Assembly (NCBI GenBank): GCA_964188305.1
Contig: OZ076889.1
Strand: one strand, 5' to 3'
From: Podarcis bocagei
Taxonomy: Eukaryota
DNA length: 64,000 bases
This document shows, one piece after another, positions 50,151 through 61,252 of this stretch (position 1 is the first letter of the stretch; each line of letters opens with the position of its first letter). The position numbers and the translations under genes were made by a program. The notes under the pieces were generated by a model that was not told the origin of the DNA, searched no databases, and saw only the letters and a program-made list of their open reading frames with translations.

Positions 50151-50153
<3 letters not shown>

Positions 50154-50202
<49 letters not shown>
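50154..50202. repeat. (CT)n microsatellite
   Basis: Direct observation. Confidence 0.98.
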
Positions 50203-50205
<3 letters not shown>

Positions 50206-50947
50206 GGTAGGGGGCATTTATCAAGCAGACATTTTCTCATGAACAAACCAGCAAAAGAAATTCTATATACTGTGTAATGTACTTCTGAAAGGAACACGAG
50301 CAGCAAGGAAACAGATGGCCCCAACTTGGTCAGGTGAACAGCACCATAATAGGTAGCCTGAGGCAACGAAAGAGAGGGGGGGTACGTGGGTGGTGTGGGT
50401 GGTTGAAAAGCAGTAGATGCTGCTCTATTTCTCAAAGATTCATTTCCCCATTGTCCTGTTACATTGCCTCAAATGGCCAGCTGTTTTACCATTGCTTGCC
50501 TGAGCAAAAACTGGGTTATAATGAGCCTGAAATATCTGGATAATATATAGGCTTTAGCTATATAGTGCTTTGCATCTAGGAGGTCTAAGGTTCAGAGTTG
50601 GGCATCTCCAGTCAAAAGATCTTGAAGGCAGCAAGGTTAAACCCTGAAAGGTCCTGCCAGTCAGGGCAAACAGATACCCTGCTTATGGTGCCAGTTCTGA
50701 TCAGCAGATGCCCCACCTGGTTTCACTTCTCTGGGTTTTGGAAAAGAGCAAAGTGAATTTATTCTGCTCTGCGAAAATTCACATTTCCACAAAATTCACT
50801 TGGATCTGGGTAAAGGCAACATGCTGGACCAGGTGTTTGGGTGTGTGCTGTGTGTCCTGGAAGCAGACACAAAGTTGAAGGTTGGTGCAGCTCAGAGATC
50901 TGCACTTCATTCCCACCCTGCTTCACCCTGTCCAAGGCCTCTAAGTT

Positions 50948-51405
50948 TGTTGTTGTTGTTTAGTCATTTAGTCGTGTCCGACTCTTCGTGACCCCATGGA
51001 CCAGAGCACGCCAGGCACTCCTGTCTTCCACTGCCTCCCGCAGTTTGGTCAGACTCATGTTTGTAGCTTCGAGAACACTGTCCAACCATCTCATCCTCTG
51101 TCGTCCCCGTCTCCTTGTGCCCTCCATCTTTCCCAACATCAGGGTCTTTTCCAGGGAGTCTTCTCTTCTCATGAGGTGGCCAAAGTATTGGAGCCTCAGC
51201 TTCAGGATCTGTCTTTCCAGTGAGCACTCAGGGCTGATTTCCTTAAGAATGGATGCGTTTGATCTTCTTGCAGTCCATGGGACTCTCAAGAGTCTCCTGC
51301 AGCACCATAATTCAAAAGCATCAATTCTTTGGCGATCAGCCTTCTTTATGGTCCAGCTTTCACTTCCATACATCACTACTGGGAAAACCATGGCTTTAAC
51401 TATAC
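50948..51405 (-). mobile_element. Bov-B (RTE) LINE 3' fragment
   Basis: ORF MVFPVVMYGSESWTIKKADRQRIDAFELWC.RRLLRVPWTARRSN...; 12-bp TSD GGCCTCTAAGTT. Confidence 0.95.
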
Positions 51406-54015
51406 GGCCTCTAAGTTAGCAAGCAGCAAAGGGAAAGATCTCTCCTTCCCAATTTTGGAATCCTCCCTCTACTTCTGGAGTGAGCTCAGAACCTGTTGGA
51501 AAGGAGAATGTCCTGGGCTTGTTCTGGAAATGCTTTGGCAGCCATGCCATCTTGCACAGATGGGGAGAAGACTGCTTCCGTTCTATGTTTGAGCTGCCAG
51601 CAATATCTGTGGCAGGCTGCTGTGTCAGAAAGAGTGTTGGACTAGGTGGACCTCGGTCTGTTCCAGCAAGACAATTCGTAGGGTTTTAAATTAGGACTCT
51701 AAATGAAGTGTACACAGAATGGAAAGGTGGTAATGGAACATTACTATTTTCATTTATCATCCTTTTCATTCGCACCATCCAATATTTCAGCAAGCAGAGG
51801 TTTAGGCAAGTGCTAAATGAAAACTTTCATCAGAGCATAAGAGCTGTCTTGCTAGATCACACCTAACATCCATTACACCAAAAGTCAGCTATGGCCCAGC
51901 AGATGCCCTGTGGTAGTTCAAATATCTGCTGAAATGTTGACAGGAGTGAATAAAATGGGTAGAAAATGAAAAAAGAGGTAATGTTCCATTAACATGTTTC
52001 TATTTTCTTCATACTTCATGGGGGGGGGGGAGGAATCCTAATATACAACCCTACAAATAATGGCAATGGTCATTCTTTAAAGTTTGCACCAACATGACTA
52101 CAAGATTTGGTTTGGATCTTGAATCAGAAAATAAGAATAAGCTATAACCATTTTTTCCTTTTGGCAGAAGTGCATGAAATTTGCAGGTGTACCATCCCCT
52201 CCAGAGTGGATAAAGCATGCCAAAAAATGGTCCAGGAGCTTTGAGACTGGCTACGTTTAATGTTAGCTTGGGATTTTTTTTAAGCAAATGTCTATAACTT
52301 TTAACAAAAGTTATTTTGAGGCAAGATATTATGAAATTTGCAGGCAATGTCACCTCTTCTAACACCATAAATCCTACTCAGTTTCAGAAAGATAGCTGTA
52401 ACAGTTTTTTAACATGGGCCATGATTACAGTTTGGAGGTAGGCAAAAACAAAAACAACCTTAATCACCATTGATTTATGGGCAATTGTCCTGCAGCCATG
52501 AATAAGGTGAGCCTGGGTAAGAAATTTGTCAAATTGTGGTCAAATAAATCCAGACGCTTTTGAGCTAGGTAGCTTTAATGGGTCGCCCCCCTGGGGGGGG
52601 CAAGGAGAGAACCAAAGGGATTCACTTTCTAGGTACGTAAAACCATTCCCTCTGATTACTTTATTTGCTGTGCCTTGCAAAAGATCTGACTTTACCTGCT
52701 CCACTTGAGGCTCGGTTAAACAAATTCTCTCTTCAGATTTTCCATGCATCTGATAAGATCTGATTCAGAGGACAAGATCAGATTTTTGCAAGGCATAGCC
52801 ATGGAACAACGATGAAAGCTCTTGGACCTTGGGGAATTAATTGGCACACAATACAATCAAAATATGGATTGCGCAAAAGTGTGGAGGATCCTTTAATTGC
52901 TTGAATTCTTTATGTGAGGAGCACGAACAACAGAACCAGGTAATGAAGCACAATGTTTATTTTGATACATTTCTAAATGTATCTTGGGGAGAAATGAACT
53001 GAAGCCCAGATACTTCTTTCTGTGAGCACCTATTTATGTGCTACAATGACTTCCTTTTCAATGCCCCCTCCCTCTGGAGACGAGGCTGGGTGCCCCCCTC
53101 CTTCCTTCTTTTGGTCAATTGAGTATGGCACAAGGGTAATAAGCAGTCTAATAGATGCTGTAAACCACCCCTTTTTAATGCATAATGTAATTGAGTCAGA
53201 AAATAGTGCCTATGCTGATAGTATCCCTGGTGCTTTAACGGCTGGAATTATGATTAGACAGAAGCAGATAATGCTGACTTCTAATACATTAAGCTGCAAC
53301 ATTATACAATTTGCCTTCCGCGGTGCAGTCACTTTTCACTGCTTTTGAATTATGTAGCGCCATCTTAAACGAGTTTATTATTGTACTGCAACAGAATGCT
53401 AAATCCGAGTAAGGGCTCTGCCATTGTCGACAGGTGAACCGTACACAGGCTATGTTTCTAGGAGCCATTTGCGATGCTTAGATATTTCTGCCAACCTTGG
53501 GCTGCATTTGAAACACGGGGTGTGGGGTATGTGGGCAGAAGGTGCCACCAAGGGGGTGATTTGTAGTGGGGAAATGCCATTTACGATTCCCTTCTCCCCA
53601 CACTTCTCCATTCTAAACCACCTCTGCTGTAAAGCAGCAGTAATGGCTGTTGCCTATTGTGGTTGGTCGGAAGGGAAGGAAAGAGGCCAGCAGTAGGCGG
53701 AGTTAGAGCTCATCATGGGCGGAGCCAACAAATTATAGTTTTGTCCCCAACCTTCTCCCTGATTGAGTTCTACAAAAGTAACACGGAGGCTGAGGAGGAA
53801 GCTGGTGACACCCCAATGGGGCTGTTTCAGAGTAAGAAGAGAGACAGATGGGGTTTGGATGAGGGCAGACTGAGGTTTGTGAGGCAGTGCCCCATTTGCC
53901 CTACTTGACCACCCTCTACCGCAAAACAGATTTTTTTTAAAAATGACAACACTGTAACACACATTAATGGGAGTAACATGTAGTTCTCCTTTAATCTGCA
54001 GCTGTGATCCAGACA

Positions 54016-54272
54016 ATTAGAAGAAGAGTTTGGAAGAGTTTGGATTTGATATCCCACTTTATCACTACCCAAAGGAGTCTCAAAGCGGCTAACAATCTCC
54101 TCTCCCTTCCTCCCCCACAACAAACACTCTGTGAGGTGAGTGGGGCTGAGAGACTTCAGAGAAGTGTGACTATCTCCAGGTCACCCAGCAGCTGCATGTG
54201 GAGGAGCGGGGAATCGAACCTGGTTCACCAGATTATGAGTCTACCACTCTTAACCACTACACCACACTGGCT
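54016..54272 (-). mobile_element. tRNA-derived squamate SINE (Squam3-like), full length
   Basis: Reverse complement matches 2613-2780 and continues into a GTTAGCCGCTTTGAGACTCC...CCAAACTCTTC tail. Confidence 0.88.
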
Positions 54273-54543
54273 GTGTGACTAAGGGGAGGGGACCTGCATT
54301 TTTCAAACAGCAACCCTTGATGCCAGAGAAACCTTACAGGTGACTTTCACAAACATTTTAGGATTGCTGGAGGCCATTGGAGGAGAAGCTGAAGCCAGGC
54401 AGCCCCACCCCACCAAGTGTCCATTTTGAGTTCCAGTGGAGAGCTGCTTCTCCTGCAGTCTCAGGATGAGTGCTGTCATGATGGCAACTAGGCAGCTACA
54501 TAGGGTGCAGATCTCAGAGGGGAACAGTACTGACCTTTGAGGG

Positions 54544-54658
54544 GAATTTTTTAAATTCAGATTTAGTTTTTTGAATTTTTTAAATTCAGATTTAGTTTTT
54601 TGAATTTTTTAAATTCAGATTTAGTTTTTTGAATTTTTTAAATTCAGATTTAGTTTTT
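54544..54658. repeat. 29-bp AT-rich tandem repeat x4
   Basis: GAATTTTTTAAATTCAGATTTAGTTTTTT at 54544, 54573, 54602 and 54631. Confidence 0.95.
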
Positions 54659-55557
54659 GTTCTATCTTATACATTTCTGATAATATTTTACTTTTATTTT
54701 GCCGGCATGGCTTGCAGTTGGCTACTTCCATCGCTGGAGGAAAGACACCACCGTGTCTGGATCCAACCCCAGCTGAGAACCCCCTAGCATTCCAGATGCT
54801 ATTTATGCATCACACTGTGTTGCATTTTAAGTGCTGTTTATGTCGGACTTTAATTGCTGTGAGCTGCTCTGGGAGTGACGTTTTGGCTGGAAACAGGATA
54901 TTTGAATACCGGAGATCCTAATTGGAAGTTAGAAAAATAAAAATAAAATCCTACCAGGCATACCCAAGCCCTTGGATGCATCTCAAGTAGGTCTTTGGAT
55001 CTCATCCGGTATGTCCATTGCAGTGGGATGCAATCTGGAGATGTTGTTCCCAGTCGAGCAAAGGGATTCATGCATAAAAGAAGCTTCTACGCGAGGATAT
55101 CCCTTGCTGGATTAGGGTGTTTGCTTAAACCTTTTTCTTCTTTTTTTTTGCCAGTGGCTGAATTGGAGAGACAACATTGGTGAGGCAACAGCTCCCGAAC
55201 GGAATAGCAATCAGAGGTGGTTGTGCGTGTATGTGTGTATGTTCACCTTCGCTCTCCCCAGATGGTATGATTTCTCTGCCCTCTTGTTTTCCCTTTGCTT
55301 TATCAAGAGTGCAAAGTCAGGAGACTCTCTGCAGATAGCAGTGGATTGTGGAAGTTACTCCGGAAAAGACTGAAAGCCCCATAACTCATAGATGCAGTGA
55401 GGTGTGAGTGAAAGATGTTCTGCACTCACACTTAGGAATTCAGCTCATCAATTACAGCTGGCTGTCAAGATTCTTTCAGGAGACATTCCAAAGGGTAATC
55501 TAGAAAATATGTTAGGATTTTTTTAAATTTTCTTTTTCCAACCCAGCTACATTATGA

Positions 55558-55590
<33 letters not shown>

Positions 55591-55595
<5 letters not shown>

Positions 55596-55832
55596 GTACC
55601 TCGGGTTAAGTACTTAATTCATTCCGGAGGTCTGTACTTAACCTGAAACTGTTCTTAACCTGAAGCACCACTTTAGCTAATGGGGCCTCCTGCTGCCGCT
55701 GCGCTGCCGGAGCACGATTTCTGTTCTCACCCTGAAGCAAAGTTCTTACCCTGAGGTACTATTTCTGGGTTAGCGGAGTCTGTAACCTGAAGCGTATGTA
55801 ACCTGAAGCGTATGTAACTTGAGGTACCACTG
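55591..55832. mobile_element. Tigger-like MITE (inverse orientation to 17452)
   Basis: CACTGGTACCTCGGGTTAAG ... GAGGTACCACTG|TA; (CA)n on the left and (TA)n on the right. Confidence 0.9.
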
Positions 55833-57148
55833 TATATATATATATATCTCCACTGATGGTTTTCTTACTATCCAGACGGCTTCTGCATAGTACATAGGAT
55901 AGAGTCATTCAGAGGGGCTGTAAAAATGATGGTTAGAGAGCTTCCCCCCCCTCCTCTTGCTTCTCTTCTGACAAAATGACCACAAATATTTTTATGGCAT
56001 TTTGGTCGCACCGTCAATATCCAGATGTTATTGTAATCTAAAAGCAATCTAATCATTAGGGCAGCCACTCCACCCCATTATAGGAGTCTTGGTCAATTAA
56101 TTGCATGAGTTGGCTATTCCATTAATTTAATAGTACAATCTGCATAAATTCATGTGGGAGAATCAACAATGTGTTCTAATGCAAAAATAAAAATAAAATG
56201 TTAAACCCTTTCTTTGGGTTGTAGCCAATGGTGGTCCTTATGCAGATGGTAGAAGTCTTTCTGTTTGCAGAAGAGTATTTGATCTTTGCTTATAGGAGGT
56301 GATTTTCACTCATTTCTCCTGCAATTCTCCCACCAGCTTCCAGGGTCTCTGAACTCTCGAGGAAAGATTTTTAGGGGGCACTGGAGGAATGGGGGGGGGG
56401 AATGCCTTCCCTCTGCTTCCATTAGTGGGGGCAACTACTGGATCAAAAGCCTGTTTGCAAATGGAAAGGCTCTGTTTAATCCAACCCATTGTTTTCAGAT
56501 AAGGAACATTGTTTTTATGTACATTTTTAGCTTATTAAGCTGAGATGTGCATGAGTATTGTACATGTGTGCTCTGCCCTCCCTCCCTCTCTTCTTTGCAG
56601 GCCAGTTAGTCCAGGAAGTCTTCAGCTAACCATAGTTTTCCTGTTATGTCTCAGCCAGTAAACCATGGCTGGAAGGATCTTAAAACGGCCATTTGAAGTT
56701 GGAGGAGAGGAGGGGCAGCATGAAGGTGGAGCGAATGGGCAAAAAGCTCATGCGTACCTTGGCTTAGTAAGTCAAGATGTGTACATCCAAGGCTGTTGTT
56801 TTACATCTTGTAGAAGCTGCTTTTTAATATGCAGAATGATTTCCTGCCTCAAGATTGACACTTCTTTCATTTCAAAAGCCCTGTAAAACAGGCTTTCTTT
56901 TTTCGTCTCTTTGTCTCTATTTTTCTTCTTTTTATTTTTTTCTTTGGAGTCCTATGTCTGGGGCCTTTCTTCAGGTCCAGACATTGTATACTCATGGGGG
57001 GTGGTAGATGGAGGCCCCTGGGTGAGAGACAGGGAAATGACGTTCTCAGAGGGTGAGAGACTGGGAGGAGAAAGGAAAAAGTCCCAGGTGAAAAGTGAGA
57101 GGAGCTACTGTCCTCAGTGGGTGACAATGGTCAAGCATTACTTTTAGG

Positions 57149-57199
57149 TAGGTAGGGTTGCCATATTTTGAAGAGCAAAAAAGAGGATGCTATTATATC

Positions 57200-57262
<63 letters not shown>

Positions 57263-57897
57263 TTATTATTTATACACCGCATATCTGGCTGAGTTCCCCC
57301 AGCCACTCTGTGTGGCTTCCAATCGAGTGTTAAAAACAATACAGCATTAAATATTAAAAACTTCCCTAAACAGGGCTGCCTTCAGATGTCTTTTAAAGAG
57401 AAGATAACTGCTTATTTCCTTCATATCTGAAGAGAGGGCGTTCCACAGGGCAGGTGCCACTACTGAGAAGGCCCTCTGTCTGGTTCCCTGTAACCTCACT
57501 TATCACAATGAGGAAACCGCCCTCGGCGCTGGATCTCAGTGTCGGGGCTGAACAATGGGGTTGGAGACGCTCCTTCAGGTATACAGGACCGAGGCCGTTT
57601 AGGGCTTTAAAGGTCAGCACCAACACTTTGAATTGTGCTCGGAAATGTACTGGGAGCCAATGCAGATCTCTCAGGACTGGTGTTATGTGCTCCCAGCACC
57701 CACTCCCAGTCACCAGTCTAGCTGCCGCATTCTGGATTAATTGCAGTTTCTGGGTCACCTTCAAAGGTAGCCCCACGTAGAGCGCATTGCCATAGTCCAA
57801 GCCATTCAAAGCAAATGAATGCAGTGCATCTCAAATTTTACCTCTGAAAAAGAGGGTGTGTCCTGGAAAAAGAGGACACACATGGCAACCAACCCTG
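57149..57897. mobile_element. hAT MITE (same type as 38584) split by an L2 insertion
   Basis: TAGGGTTGCCAT...AAAAAGAGGA left half and AAAAAGAGGACAC..TGGCAACC right half; flanks CTTTTAGG/CTTTTAAG. Confidence 0.65.
57200..57803 (-). mobile_element. L2 LINE 3' fragment
   Basis: LDYGNALYVGLP...KLQLIQNAAARLVTG...HITPVLRDLHWLPV.FR..FKVL (L2 ORF2 end); (AAT)n tail at 57200-57261. Confidence 0.92.
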
Positions 57898-60166
57898 CTT
57901 TTAAGGGAGGACTTCAAATTCAGCTTATTTCCATTTGCATTTTGAGTAGCTGCTATTTTATTGCATTATGAAAAAGTTTAATAAAAATTGCATTATATAT
58001 ATAAAAAAGCAGACTTTATGTTCTGAAATAAAGTTAGCTCCTCCCCACCCTTTCCTGTCATCGAAACATTGCTACATTTGTATGTTCACCGAGCAACTGA
58101 AGCAGCCATTGTGTCAGGATGGCAGCGGCGGCTGGGGTGGTGGAATTAATTCTGAAAATGTTACATCTGTATGTAGCCAAAGATGCCTCTGCTCTTTATG
58201 GAGCCATTGTAACTTTCCCATTCTAGTTTAATGAGTATGATATATGTGCCTGGCCTAGGTAGCGTTTTATAACACCCAAACTGCACGTTTTTTCTGAGCT
58301 TTTTGTGCTGAGAGGGAGAGTGATCAATTCCATAGACCTACTGGACCTGCTGCTGAGTGATCTATGATGAAATGAGCAGGGAGAATAGCCTTTTGCAGTG
58401 CCGCCAAAACTTCTTCTTTATTACCTCAGTTCCTCTGGAATCTAGTGCGAAACGGTTCCACGAATAAAGGGGAGATATAAGTCGAGGAACAAAATTCTCA
58501 GCTCAAGTTCTGAATTCCCAGAGATGAAAAGCATGGGATATGCATCCTAATTTTGAATGAGAATACTCTAAAATTATGTGTGTGTGTACATGTATACTCG
58601 GGGCTACTGCCCCAGCTTGCTCCATTCGAGAATACTGATCCCGGCACAGTTAAAATATCTTTGATTATGAATATCTTCCATCCAGAGCTTAAAAATCAAA
58701 GCTCTGCTTCTCCTTTCCAAACAGCCTCCATTAGCTGTCTTCCTGGAGAGAGAATAAGCTTATCCTTTCTCTTCAGTAGCTTCAGAACAAAGAGCTAACA
58801 CACCCAAGATGCAGACCTGCAGATTAGCATATGCATAGACTTTTAACAGTACATTTTTTTGTGTGATTGAGCCAGCAGAGATACAGCCCCACTTAATCAT
58901 TAACTGTTAGGCTCTCTGCAATTCTTGTTTAGCTTCAGTGGAAGTTTCCTTGCCGGCTGCGCAGTCTACAAACAGGCACATACAGAGTTATTTTCCATTT
59001 CAATGTACAATTAAACAACTACTGTATACTTAGCAGCTGCTGTAGAGTCCTGCTGCTCTATGTTCAGTAGGCAATGGTAGCTCTGCACTGAGCTATTCAG
59101 TTGTGGGTTTAATACTGGCCTCAAAGGTGGGGCATTTAGATGTCGGCAAACCAGTCTTTTCAGGAACTGCTGGGGGGTGCCAGGCATATGGACTCTGTTA
59201 CAGGCCCCCCATCACATCTACCGAATAGTGGAAAAGGCCACGATAACACCAGTTTGCACCTCAGGATTTGAATATTTTGATGGCGAGAGAGCTATAGCTT
59301 CCATATCAACTGGACAGCCTGACGACAGTGCTGGAAGGCATTTGACCTATGTCAGGGACAATTAGAGAAGCTGTTCCATGCTGTGCTGGTAAATTGTCCT
59401 TGCGGGCTGCAGTGAAGGTCTAAATGAAACTTTAACTGCTGGACAATCTTAATTTGTTGCAAACTAAGTGGATACAGGTGCGTTGACAGCATTGCACATT
59501 CATTGCACAAAAGCATGGGACATCCATAATGATTTGTGTGTGGACAACTTGATTCAATTCACTGTTTAGTACATCTGGGGCTGCAAATTGCCTCTCTATT
59601 TGTGTTCAGCATCCGCATCCCAGTGCAGATGGCATTTTCAGGCTTTCCCCCCCTGAAGGTTTCTTGTACTTTAAGGAATATTTTGACTCATCGTCTCTGC
59701 CCCAAAAGATTTCCTTTGTAAATCCTTGCTATTTCCCTCCCGCATCTTCTTCTTAGCAGCTTTTGTTTATTTGTGGCAAGGAATTCTCCTGATGAAAATG
59801 ATCGTTTCTTCATTTTTTAAAAAACTAATCTACCAGCATTATAGCCAGGCCAGATTGACAGGTAGGCTTTTCCCTGGACTCCAAAAGATCTTAAAATGCT
59901 ATATAGCTAAAACACAATGATGGAAACAAGTGTCAGGAAAGCAAAACAGCATGGAGAAACCTGCAATGGCTGAAATAAAGTGTAATGTTTTCATAGGAGG
60001 GAGCTAGTAAAGGGGTGGGAGCAGGGGGCATCTATGGATGCTATCCAGCCATAAAATATAGCTTTATATCAGGGTGGTAGCCTCAGGTTTCCATAGCCTC
60101 TTTACATATCTTTGGGACTTCTCCAGGGCAAACCCCTTTCTCAACTACACAGCCTACTGAACCTTG

Positions 60167-60711
60167 TGTCAGGAACTGGCTGGATGAAAAGGAGTGGTGG
60201 GAGGCACTAGCCAGAGGACCCCCTAGGGAAGCCTCAGGGGACAAAGGCTCAGCGCTTGGGGAGTGGTGGGTGGTGAGACAGCTCAAAGGATAAAGGGAAG
60301 GGGGCGGGCAGAATGGTTGGATGCTGAACAAGCAATAGGCTTGAGCGAGAGAGAGGAGCCAGATGCAGAAAGCAATGCAGACCCAGGACATGAAGCAGAG
60401 ATTCACAGAAGCTTGCAGGTCTTACAGTAATCAGCTCTTCAAGAGCATGGAGGGCTTTGCATGTAGCAGAGTAAAGAGCTCAGAGAGCATAGAGTTTAAG
60501 ACTGCTGGACGGGGAGGAGATTTAGTGGAAAATGGGAGGCACAGATCGTCAGTTCTGGCAATTGTTTTACTGGGATCTTTCTTGCCCGTAGGTTTCTTGG
60601 TTTGTATTTTGTTTCCTTGAATAAAGAATGAAATTTACTGCTTGTCTGGCACTTCTTTACATCTTCCTTGAGTGTTTTTGCCTGGCTGTAATGTACCCTT
60701 GAACTCTGATA
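60167..60711 (+). mobile_element. solo LTR (same family as 45611)
   Basis: TGTCAGGAACTGGCTGGATGAA...GGACCCCCTAGGGAAGCCTCAG homologous to 45611; AATAAA at about 60620; 3' end approximate. Confidence 0.7.
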
Positions 60712-61252
60712 ATATCTCTTTCTTCCCTAAATGGAGAGTTGAGAGGGTGTGTGTGTGTGTGCGTGTTTGTAGAAACTAGCCTTGTCAACAAAGGTAAACT
60801 TTGCCACCCACATTTGCCTCTGGCCCTGCCCACCACTGGAATGTGGCCCCCAGAATATTTCCTAGAAGCACATGTAGTCCTTAGGCTGGAAAAAAGTACC
60901 TTATGTCCTATGTTCCATTGATTCCAGTGACTCCTGTTAAAATAAATGGGGCTCAACATTGGGCTGAAACATGGCCCATATTTATAACTGGTAAATGTAA
61001 AGCAATGGCCTTTCCACTTTCTGCCTGCATTGATGAAGCCCTTGTGCCCTGTAGAAGATTCTGCAGAGTGTTTTAGACTGAACGCTTGGTCCGTGCAAAG
61101 TCTCATTGTTGTTTCCAACTGACCTGACAGTGACCTAGTACCCCTGAATGCTCTCCTGGGGCCTGCGCATTGTGATGGAGGGATAAGCTGTCATTCTGGG
61201 AAGCTTTTATGTTATTCCTGCTCTTGAAGTGTTGTTGTTTAGTCGTTTAGTC

